64,000 nt of DNA from positions 930,001-994,000 of the forward strand of contig JASTWF010000069.1 of NCBI GenBank assembly GCA_030390025.1, read 5' to 3'. This document shows positions 13,146 through 25,300 of this stretch, one piece after another; positions within the stretch are counted from its first letter, which is position 1, and each line of letters begins with the position of its first letter. This DNA is from Squalus acanthias (Eukaryota). The position numbers and the translations under genes are program-made. The notes under the pieces are model-generated. The model was given only the letters and a program-made list of their open reading frames with translations, did no database searches and was not told where the DNA came from.

Positions 13146-13339
13146 TTAGTCAGTTGTCCGATGAAATAAGTGGTCAGGCCGCTGATTCCCGACTCCCGTA
13201 TCCTCACAGCTCTCAACAGGCTCTCGGCTTCCTTTAGCTGGTCTTCGGTCCCAGACGCCAACCCCAGTGACCGTGGCGATGACGGCGAGAATGAATATCG
13301 CAGCTCGTATTCCCAGGATCTGAATCGTGTGCAGAGTGC
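13146..13339 (-). CDS. Siglec A exon 5: transmembrane ([23 protein letters not shown]) plus 34-aa cytoplasmic tail and stop
   Basis: acceptor tttcttgctgtatgtttccag; phase-1 join C|GC gives Arg after ...TITVE; 23-aa hydrophobic run followed by DRR; non-repeat island between two CR1 copies. Confidence 0.7.
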
Positions 13340-16300
13340 CTGGAAACATACAGCAAGAAACGATGACTTACTCTCCGCTTTCGATCCCTCGCTGTGCTCT
13401 CCCTGTTCCTTCTGCCAAAATGCATCGCCTCACACTTCTCTGTATTAAATTCCATCTGCCACTTGTCTGCCCATTCTGCTAGCCTTTCTATGTCCTGTTG
13501 CAGTCGATTGGTTTCATCCTCACTGTCTGCCACACCCCCAAGTTTGGTGTGGTCGGCAAATTTAGAAATTCTACTCTATATTCCAATATCTAGATCATTT
13601 ATATATATATTAAAAAAAAGCAGTGGCCCCAGAACTGACCTTTGGGGAACACCACTGTCTACCATCCTCCAGTCTGAAAAACAGCCATTTACCACAACTC
13701 GCTGTTTTCTGTCCTTAAGCCAATTCCTTATCCAAGCTGCCACTGACCCACCTATTCCATGAGTCTCAATTGTTAACCAGCCTTCTATGTGGTACTTTGA
13801 CAAACACCTTCCGAATACCAATGTAGACAACATCCATTGCATTCCCTTCATCAATCATCCCTGCTATTTCATCAAAAAATTCAGTTAGATTCGTCAAACA
13901 CGGTCTGCCTTTTACAAATCCGTGCTGGCTCTCCTTAATTAGCTTAAACCTCTCCAAGTGCCTGTTAATTTTTTCCTTGATTATTGTTTCTAAAACTTTA
14001 CCCACCACTGATGTTAAACTGACCGGCCTATAGTTACTAGGATTGTCCTTACACCCTTTCTTGAACAATGGTGTCACATTTGCTATTTTCAAATCCTCAG
14101 GCACCTCCCCCGCATCTATGGAAGATTTGAAAATTATGGCAAGCCCTTCCGCAATCTCCTCCCCCAATTCCCTTAGCAACCTGGGATGGAAGCCATCTGG
14201 ACCAGGCGACTTATCCACTCTAAGCATACCCAGCCTTTCTCGTACATCCTGTCTATCAATTTTCACTCTTCCATTGCTGCTACCTTTTCCACTTCTACCG
14301 ATATTTTGTCAGCATCCACCTCCTTAGTAAACACCGATACAAAGTACTTATTGAGTATTCTAGCCTTGCCCTGCGCCTCTAAGCATATATCACCTTTTTC
14401 TCTGATAGGCCCCATCCTGCCTCTTATTACCCGCTTAATTTTTACAGGGCCACTGTTTACATGCCGGTAGAAGATTTTTGCGTTCCCTATTATGTTAACC
14501 GCCATTCTACTCTCATATTCTCTCTTTGCCAATCTTATTTTCATCTTCACTTCCCCTCTCAACTTATTGTATTTGGTCTGGTACTCCCTTGAAGAATTCA
14601 CCTGACATGCACCATACACCCTCTTTTTTTGTTTCATCATCTTCTCTATCTCCCTCGTCATCCAAGGAGCCCATGCTTTGGTTCCCTTACCCTTCCCTCT
14701 TGTTGGAATGTACCTAGCCTGTACTTGGAACATCTCCTCCTTAAAGATCACCCATTGTTCCATTACTTCCTGTCAGTCTTTGGTTCTATTTTACCCTGGC
14801 TAGATCCTTTTGCATCCCATTGAAGTTAGCCCTAATCCAGTTTAGAAGTTCCACTCTAGATTGTTCCTTGCTCCTCTCCATTGCTGATCTAAACCTTATG
14901 ATACGATGATCACTCGTACCCAAGTGTTCTCCCACAGACACTTGGTTGACCTGGCCCACCTCATTTCCCAGCACCAGATCCAGCAATGCCTCCTTCCTAG
15001 TTGGGCCAAGAACATACTGGTCAAGGAAATTCTCCTGAACACATTTCAGAAATTCCTCCCCTCCTTTCCCTTTACCCTAGCATTATCCCAATCGATATTT
15101 GGGTAATTAAAGTCTCCAATATCACCACTCTATAGCTCTTGCATATCTCTGCGATTTCCCTGCAGATTTGCTCCTCTACCCCCCTCTCACTATTTGGAGG
15201 CCTATAGAATACCCACAATAGCGTGATCATACCCTTTTTGCTCCTCAACTCTAACCAAATGGATTCTGTCCTTGTCCCCTCAAGAACATCCTCCCTTTCC
15301 AACACTACAATGTCTTCCTTAATCAGCACTGCCACCCCACCTCCCTTTTTTCCTTCCCTATCTTTTCTGAACACCTTGTACCCTTGAATATTAAGTGCCC
15401 AGTCCTCACCGTTTTTAAGCCACGTTTCCGTTATTGTCACAACATCATATTGCCACACGGCTAATTGTGCTTGTCGCTCAACAACATTATTCACCACACT
15501 TTGTGTGTTTACGTACATGCATTCTAAACGCATTTTTGAATTTTTCGTAGTCTTTCTTAGTTTGCTCCTATCTAATATGGTACTACTTCCGCCTCTAGAA
15601 GTACTTCCTTCTCTAGTACTCTCCAACACACTCACTCTTTTATGCACCTTATTCCTCTTTTCTACTCCTATATGCTGGTCAGAAGTGGTAATAAGTTCAG
15701 AAGTGGGGATGTTCGCTGATGACTGCACAGTGTTCAGCGCCATTCGCAACTCCTCAGATAATGAAGCAGTCCGTGCCCGAATGCAGCAAGACCTGGACGA
15801 CACTCAGGCTTGGGCTGACAAGCGGCAAGTAACATTCGTGCCACACAATCGCTGTGTACCATCTACAAGATGCACTGCAGCAACTCGCCAAGACTTCTTC
15901 GACAGCACCTCCCAAACCCGTGACCTCTACCACCTAGAAGGACAAGGGCAGCAGGTGCATGCGAACACCACCACCTTCTCAAGGGCAATTAGGGATGGAC
16001 AATAAATGCTGGCCTTGCCAGCAACGCCCACATGACAGGAATGAATAATTAAAAAACTGCACTTCAAAAGTGCTTCATTGGCTGTAAAGCACTGAGGGAC
16101 TACATAAGCGTTACATAAATGCAAGTCTTCACGTTCTATGAAATATCTATATATGTAATATTTATAAGTGTAATATCTAAAGATGTAATATTAGTCGACC
16201 TCCAGTTTCTCCCTATCTACTCTGTCAAAACAACTCATTTTGAACGCCTCTATTAAATCTACTGTTAACCTTCTCTGCTCTAAGGAGAACAACCCCAGCT

Positions 16301-19300
16301 TCTCCAGTCTCTCCATGTGACTGAAGTCCCTCATCCCTGGGACCATTCTGGTCAATCTCCCCTTAACCTTCTCTGCTCTAAGGAGAACAACCCCAGCTTC
16401 TCCAGTCTCTCCACATCACTGAAGTCCCTCATCCCTGGAACCATTCTGGTAAATCTCCCCTTAATCTTCTCTGCTCTAAGGAGAACAACACCAGCTTCTC
16501 CAGTCTCTCAATGTGACTGAAGTCCCTCATCCCTGGAACCATTCTGGTCAATCTGCTCTTAACCTTCTCTGCTCCAAGGAGAACAACCCCAGCTTCTCCA
16601 GTCTCTCCACATCACTGAAGTCCCTCATCCCTGGGACCATTCTGGTCAATCTCCCCTTAACCTTCTCTACACTAAGGAGAGCATGGGAGACTGGTCAAGA
16701 AGGTAAGAGCCCATGGGTTCCAGGGCAACTTGGCATATTGGATCCAAAATTGGCTTACTGGCAGGAGGCAGAGGGTGATGGTCGAAGGTTGTTTTTGTGA
16801 CTGGAAGCCTGTGTCCAGTGGTGTACCACAGGGATCGGTGCTGGGTCCTTTGCTGTTTGTAGTGTACATTAATGATTTAGATATGAATGTAGGAGGTATG
16901 ATCAGTAAGTTTGCAGATGACACGAAAATTGGTGGGGTGGTAAATAGCGAGGAGGGAAGTCTCAGGCTGCAGGACGATATAGACGGGTTGGTCAAATGGG
17001 CAGAGCAGTGGCAAATGGAATTTAACCCTGAAAAGTGTGAGGTGATGCATTTTTGGGAGGACTAACAAGGCAAGGGAATACACAATGAATGGTAGGACCC
17101 TAGGAAGCACAGAGGATCAGAGGGACCTTGGCGTGCATGTACATAGATCCCTGAAGGCAGCAGGACAGGTAGAAAAGGTGGTTAAAAAGGCATTTGGGAT
17201 ACATGCCTTCATTAGCCGAGGCATAGAATATAAGAGCAGGGAGGTTATGATGGAGCTGTACAAAACGCTAGTTAGGCCACAGCTGGAATACTGTGTGCAG
17301 TTCTGGTCGCCACACTATAGGAAGGATGTGATTGCATTGGAGAGGGTGCAGAGGAGATTCACCAGGATGTTACCTGGGCTGGAGCGCTTCAGCTATGAAG
17401 AGAGACTGGACAGGCTGGGGTTGTTTTCCTTAGAGCAGAGAAGGCTGAGGGGGGACCTGATTGAGGTGTACAAAATTATGAGGGGCTTAGATAGGTAGAT
17501 AGAAAGGAACTTTTCCCCTTAGTAGAGGGGTCAGTAACCAGGGGGCATAGTTTCAAGGTAAGGGGCAGGAGGTTTAGAGGGGATTTGAGGAACAACTTTT
17601 TCACCCAGAGGGTGGTTGAATCTGGAACTCACTGCCTGAAAGGGTGGTAGAGGCAGGAACCCTCACAACATTCAAGAAGCATTTAGATGAGCACTTGAAA
17701 CACCATAGCATACAAGGCTACGGACCAAGTGCTGGAAAATGGGATTACAATAGACAGGGCTTGATTGCCGGCGCGGACACGGTGGGCCGAAGGGCCTCTT
17801 TCTGTGCTGTATAACTCTATGACTCTATGAGAACAACAGTTCTGCCTGATGCAACAACCAGCTGTCTTGTATCAGACAACAACAACCAGCTTGTATTTAG
17901 AGAGATGTGGAAGTACCTGTAGACTCACGTTCCACAGTGATGGTTATGGTCCTCTCCACTGCTCCATGTCCATTCTCCGCCACACACTGATAGTCTCCAG
18001 CGACCCTGGGTGTAACGTGAGGAATCTCCAACCACAGCTCGTTGTTGGAACTTGTTCTGTTCATTGTGACACCATGATGTCGCCAGGTCAGGTTAGAAGC
18101 CGGGAAGCTCACGACAGAGCAGAGTATCGCTGTAGAATTCCCTTCTTTGATATTGATCAATGAATTTTTAATCGTATCACGAGAAATAATGGAGAGATTC
18201 CGTGGGGCGTCTAAAGACAAATTAAGATCAGTTAACGTACATCGGCTGTGAAGCACTTTGAGAGACGCTGAGAATGTCAAAGGTGTGATATCAAAGCAAG
18301 TTCCTTCATCACAAAGCAGGTAATCCAAGCAGACACTTTAGTGCAGTACTGAGGGAGCGCCGCACTGTCGGAGGGTCAGTACTGAGGGAGCGCTGTCGGA
18401 GGGGCAGTACAGAGGGAGCGCCGCAGTGTCGGAGGGGCAGTACTGAGGGAGCGCCGCACTGTCGGAGGGGCGGTACTGAGGGAGCGCTGCACTGTCGGAA
18501 GGTCAGTACTGGGGGAGAGCCGCACTGTTGAAGGGACAGTACTGAGGGAGTGCCGCACTGTCGGAGGGGCAGTACTGAGGGAGTGCTGCACTATCGGCGG
18601 GGTAGTACTGAGGGAGCGCCGCACTGTTGGAGGGACAGTACTGAAGGGAGTGCTGCACTATCGGAGGGACAGTACTGAGGGAGTGCCGCACTGTCGGAGG
18701 GACAGTACTGAGGGAGCGCCGCACTGTTGGAAGTGCTGTCTTTCACATGAGACATTAAACCGAGGGAACGTCTGCCCTCTCAGGTGGATGTAAAAGATCC
18801 CATGACACTATTCAATGAAGAGTCCTATCTGTAAAATACAGATGATCTTGACATCAGAACCATTGCTGCTTGTGGGATCTTGCTGTGCGCAAAGTAGACT
18901 ATCACGGGTAATGTAGAATTAAGGATGTCCGTACTTACATTGCACAGTGAGTGCGAGGGTCTGCTCCGATGAAACAGATGGATATCTGACTCTGCAGGTG
19001 AGAGTTTGTCCGTGGTGTTTGAGTGATGGAATCAGGGACAGAACAGAAGTATATGTCAGAGTGACGCCATGCTGAGTTACACTGTTTGAGACTGACCCGG
19101 GTACGTCAGTGGGATTGACCCAGGTTAAGACAGGTGCTGTTCCAGTGCACGTGGTGTTGAAGGTGCAGCTTACGTTCACACGCTTTCCTGCAATCATTTC
19201 AGCAGGGAATATCCTGGGTTTATCTGTGAAATCTAACACACAGAGAATGGATCCTTTTAGATAAATATAACGTGAGGCATCAGTTCAAATAGAAATCACA

Positions 19301-22300
19301 GTCCCGCAAGAGAAAGTACTTTGACCCGGATAATACCAGAACTGAGAGGTTACAACGATCAGGAAAGATTGAACAGGCTGGGGCTCTTTTCTCTAGAAAA
19401 GAGAAGGCTGAGGGGTGACCTGATAGAGGTCTTTAAAATTATGAAGGGGTTCGATAGGGTAGACGGAGAGAAGGTATTTCCACTTGTGGGGGAGACCAGA
19501 ACTAGGGGCCATCAATATAAGATAGTCAGTGATAAATCCAATAGGGAATTCAGGAGAAACTTCTTTTCCCAGAGAGTGGTGAGAATGTGGAACTCGCTAC
19601 CACAGGGAGTGGTTGAGGCGAAGAGCAGAGATGCATTTAAGGGGAAGCTGAATAAACACATGAGGGAGAAAGGAATAGAAGGATATGTTGATGGGGTGAG
19701 ATGAAGAGGAGTGGGAGGAGACTGGTGTGGAGCATAAACACCGGGATGGACCAGTTGTGGTGAATGGCCTCTTTCTGTGCGGCAGACTTGATGTAACTTT
19801 GTGTGAATCTGCTAAGAAGAAATTGTTTCCTATTTCCAGGATTGGCGGAGTGTCTGTCACTGAGCTTAATACACTTTCTCTCCGAGACCCTTGAATTGAC
19901 TATACTGGGTGGGGGTGAAGGACCTGGTCACAGCCCCAGGAACACTGGCTCTCCACTCACTCAGAGATCTCTGCCAATGTTAAATTAAATCCTCTCCACG
20001 GCAGGACAGAACCAATTTGCAATTATCCCTCAACCAAAACATAAAAGAAAGACTTGCATTCCCACAGCTCATTTCATGACCTCAGGACGACCCAAAGTGC
20101 TTGACAGCCAATTAAATACTTCTAAAGTGTTAAACCAGATGATCTGGTCATTATCACATTGCTGTTTGTGGGAGCTTGCTGTGCGCAAACTGGCTGCCAC
20201 GTTTCCTACATTACAACAGTGACTACACTTCAAAAAAAGAACTTAATTGGCTGTGAAGCGCTTTGGAACCTCCTGAGGTGGTGAAAGGTGCTGGAGAAAT
20301 GTGAATCTGTCTTTTGTCTGTATGTAAGACTTTTAAACACGATTAGAGAGATATATGGGAGTCGATAACCTGATAACAATGATGGACACAGTCAAGACAT
20401 TCAATCATTGATAATAAAGTGAGTATTAGAGGTTGCTTTAGGACTGAACTGGAAGGTATCGCCAGGTTATTGATAATCAGACACTGTGTTATAATAAGCT
20501 GTGTTTTGTGTTAATGTGTAACCGCCACAGTTTCTGTTATTTCCCACTGACTGTTGAGCGTGAATTGTGGAGTAATTATAACCCAGCACTTACCAGAAAC
20601 ATGAAGCTGTGTTACAGGGTGGTAGTTAAACCGAACACTGTTGTCAAAATCTATTCTGAAATAATAAGTTCCTGCGTCTCGCTGTGTGATGTTGTTTATA
20701 ATCAGGGAACAGTCACCATCTCTCAGGTCTCCAGACAGCCGGGTCCGATGGTGAAACTGTGGCGACTCACGATTGTGATCCTTGGAGTGAAAGGCTATAG
20801 GCGATGATCTCCATTTCTCATAATTATACCAGATTCCAACTCGCGATTGGTTTGCCAGATGCGATGGATAAGTGTAATGACATGGAATCTGTGCACACAA
20901 ACCTTCCTGTGCTGTCACCACTCGTGGAGTCTTGCCTTTCCACACCTCTGACAATACAGCTGGGGAGAGAAATATCAATATTTAGCACTGGATGGCTTGT
21001 CGCTCCACTGGACTCGATATCCACCCCCTCCGTCACTGGCGCACAGTGTCTGCAGTGTGGACCATCTACAGGACACACAAGGAACTCACCAAGGTTACAT
21101 TGACAGCACCGCCCTCCCCTGCGACCTCTACCACCCAGAAGGACAAGAGCTACTGAGACAACACAATCCAAGAATGAATATCAAACACTGCGCACCGTGT
21201 TCTGTGATTGGGGAGCATTATAGTGAACCCACATGTCGGACAGACTCATAGTCACCTTGCCCGTGGACATCGCACCCGCCTGTCCTCATGCCTTTTCCTC
21301 AGCATACAATGTTTCTGTATGTGAAGACAATTCTTGACCCAACAGATGGCTCCATCAACCCAACGGATGGAAGGGAATCCTCGGCACGGGAGTGGACAAG
21401 TTCATTCTATATTGGCTCACAGACCTCAGGACCCTGTTCAGTGAAGTAGGTCTTCCACCCAACACAATGCCTAAATGACGCACCCATTGAGGAATATTCT
21501 GTGCTGACTTACAAGGCAGGAACAGTGGATTAGGATCCATCAGAACTCATGCCACTATCTCCATCCTGAATCACTAGAGTCATAGAGTCACACGGCACAG
21601 AAGGAGGCCATTCGGCCCATCGAGTCCGTGCCGGCTCTCTGTAGAGCAATCCAGTCAGTCCCATTCCCCCGCTCTATCCCCGTAGCCCTGCAAGTTTATT
21701 TCCCTCAAGTGCCTATCCAGTCTCCCCTTGAAAACATTGAAGGCTGGATTTTGTCAGTGTGGGGCGGTGTCAGGTGGAAATCGTGTCGGGACCCCGACTC
21801 CTAAGTGAAGTGCTGAAATAGTGGGATTTTCCCCTAATTGTGCAATTGATTTCCTGGGTGTGGGAACCCCTGGCCCAATGAGTCTTTTCAGACAGAAAGT
21901 CGCCTTCGATGACATCATCAATGCTGCTGGATTTAAGACCTGCAAGCAGCCTTGCTTCTTCTGGAGACTGGAAACGCTTTGGAAATTGTAGGAAGGAATA
22001 ATTTACCGACCATGTGCACCAGCAAGCAAAAGTGTGCACCTCGGTTTGATGAGCCCTCCCTCCAAGCTCTGGTGCATGGAGCCAGATGTAATAAGGAGGT
22101 GCTGTTCCCTTCCTCGGGGAGAAAAAAGCCACCCCAGCAGACAAAAGCTGTGTGGCTGCAAGTGGCCCAGGAGGTCAACTCCATTTCGCTGAGCCGCAGA
22201 ACCTGGCTGCAGTGCAGGAAGAGGTTTCATGACCTTCTCCACACAGGAAAAGTGAATATGACATTCCCATCACACTCAATCTGATCCCCATCGCCTCTCC

Positions 22301-25300
22301 TCACCAGCACTCTGCTTTGCCAACCTCTTCCTCCACATCCCACTTGACACTTACATTCCTGCACCCTTACCCATTCTCTCTCTCTCTCGAAGGTCACATT
22401 CACTTAACTATTCAACTATGCAGCCCTCACACTCCCTATCACTGTGATGCCATGACAACAACAACTTTTATCACACAGGGAGGGTCCTTTGTATCCTTCT
22501 AAGCATCTATGCTCTGGATTCTCTACACTCACTCCTTCATTCTCACTCAAACTCCACTTGTGTCCCTCATTGCAGGAAAAGAGAGCCCACAATAAGAGGG
22601 AAAGAGCCATGACAGGAGGAGGGCCACCCTCAGTAGCCCAGCTCACTGCCTGGGAGGAGGCGGCCCTGGAAATCGCCAGGATCGAGGAGGATTCCCAAGT
22701 GGGGGACGGACAGATGGGCGCATCACAGCAAGCTGGTGACAGAATAGTTTAGCATCTCTCTCATTGACATTGCATGGGTCACTGATAATGAATCTGATGC
22801 TCTAACAGATTGACTTATGATCATCTGCACTATTCAATGTTCATGTAACCTTGACCTCACATCTCTAACTCTTTCCTTTACTCCCCCATAGGACCATTGA
22901 AAGCCCCTGTCCCCACTGTCCAGGAGGAAGAGCCTGAGCTTCCAGACTCCTCAGAGGAAGCTGCAACCTCTGAGGGCGCAGCCTCAGCAGAATTCAGCGC
23001 ACCCAGCACCAGCGCAGACACTCACACCTCGGTGGGACCTTCGCGAGATAGAGTAGTGTTGGCACCTGGTTTATCACAGCTCACAAGTGAGCTTCAGCAG
23101 ATGGTGGAGACAGGGACAGCAGTGGAGAGGCCTCGTCGGAGGGCGCAGGACTCTGCCAGCTTGGCTCAGCTGCATGTCGACCCTGTGCCTCCGGGTCCAT
23201 CCAGAAGGAGAGCGGTGCTGGAACTCCAGGAACAGGTGCAGGAGTCTCTGGCAGGTTTTGTCTCCAGGGTTGCTGCGAGTGTCGAGCAAATGGAGAAGTC
23301 CATCGCGAACATGAGCAGAGCCTTTGTGGAGGCATTGGCGCATGAACGCATCACCACGGAAAGGATGGCAACCTCTGTGGAAAGGATGGCTACGGTAGAG
23401 GAGAGGATGGCTAAGGCCATGGAGGAGCTAAGTCGCCAGAGTGTAGAAAACATGTTCATTGTTCAGAATAGACTGGCATCTCTTGAGGCGCGATGGTCAG
23501 CTACTGAGCATAGAAACCAGACCTTCATGGAAGTCCTCTGGAGTAGGACTTGCAGTGCAGAAACGGGTCCTCATGGCCCCCCTGAAGTGCAGCAAGGTGC
23601 TGTCAAGCCACTTGCTAGCTCTGAAGTGGGGCTGACCCATGAGAGGGATATTGGTGGCAGACAACAAGGAAGTGGGGGCTCCTCTCCAAGCGCTCAAACG
23701 ACCATGCCACTGCAAAGCCCTCGGTCAGAGCCCCACCAGAGTCCTCATCCCAACTGAGATGGGCATCTCAGCCCCTGCACAGCCGCAGGAGCAGCAGACT
23801 GTTGCCGAGCCCTCACAGGTTCGCAACCCCAGAGGACGGCCGCCAAAGGTGTCGAGACAGGAGCAGCAAGAAAGTGAGCAAGGGGCGTCCACATCTGCTG
23901 TAGCCACAGGGGAAGCACCACGTAGGAGCACGCGTAAGAGGAAGATAATGCACAAGTAGTCACATGGGTAGTCACTTGGGTGTTATGTTGTGTTTATTTT
24001 TGAAATGCCACCAGTTGCTTGATGTGATAAAAAATTCTGATGGCAAACTGTTGAAGTTGTGGCCTGTGTCATTTTGCAAATGGAACTTCTACATTGAGGG
24101 CTTAGAGCGACTTGCAATCGTCAGTATGGTGGTCAGAGTTATAGGAATCCGTAGGTTCTTGTCCATTGTCGATGCTCTGGTAAGAACGTGCGAGGCAAAG
24201 GTGTTTGATTGTACAGGCTAAGCAAATGTGACCAACATGAGTGTGTCCCTTGCATCCCGGGCAGCAATATGGTCGTGCTCTGGTGACTTCTGGCCTGTGC
24301 ATCTTCAGGTGGGTGAGCAGCAGCTTGGCGCTCCTGTTGATGCTCCTGCTGTTGGTGCTGCTGTTGTTCATGGTTCTGCTGCTGCCGCGGCTGGTCTTCA
24401 TCCGAATCTGATGTCCAGGAGGAAAGGAAATATATGGTTCCCATGCTTCTGGTATATGCCTCAGTTGAGGAAGCGCTTAGTCAAGGTGGGGAGAGGGGTT
24501 TCCCAGGAGGTCACACTGGAGATGGGTGTCAGGCTCCAAACTTCCACAACACTGAGTAGGCCTGCTAAAAGTTCCCCCAGACCTGAAACAACAAAGTTCT
24601 ACCACCTGCAAATGATCATCGGTGAAAACTCCTTCGTAATGGTGGAGCTGCAGCTGTTGGTAAGCAGTCCACTTGTGAGGCCGCCAGCATTACCTGGCGT
24701 GTTCCAGAGGAGGCGTGAGGGATGGGGGGAATGACTAAAAATCGGAAAGGCCTCTCAAAATGGGATTATAGAGGCTATTAAGTGGTTGTTAAGGGCCTTA
24801 AGGGCCTATCCCGCCTCTTGGAGGCGGATGGAAAGGGGGTCAGAAAACACGCATTTGGGAAAAATGCTCGGAGGTGGGATGGAGGCGGGATTGGGCCTGC
24901 CCGCCAGTTTTTCCTCACATCCCCCCTGTATCTCTTGCCCAAAATCTGTGTCCCCTAGTCCTTGTACCATCAACTAGTGGGAACAGCCTTTCCCCGTCTA
25001 GCCTATCCAAACCCGTCATAATCTTGTACAACTCTATCAAATCACCCCTCAACCTCCTTTGCTCTAATGGAAACAAATCCAGCTTCTCCAACCTGTCCTT
25101 GCAGCTAAGATCCCCCATCCCCGGAACCATTCTGGTAAATCTCCTCTGCACCCTCTCAAGGGCCTTCACATCCTTCCTAAAGTGTGGTGACCAGAACTGG
25201 ACGCAATACTCCAGTTGTGGCCTAACCAGCGCTTTCTAAAGGTTCAGCATAACTTCTCAACTTTTGTACTCAATACCTCTATTTATGAAGCCCAAGATCC

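Noticed and set aside
13004-13261. [19 protein letters not shown]... considered as a CR1 ORF1 remnant
   Set aside because: alternate frame of the Siglec TM exon; the TM frame has the matching splice acceptor and phase
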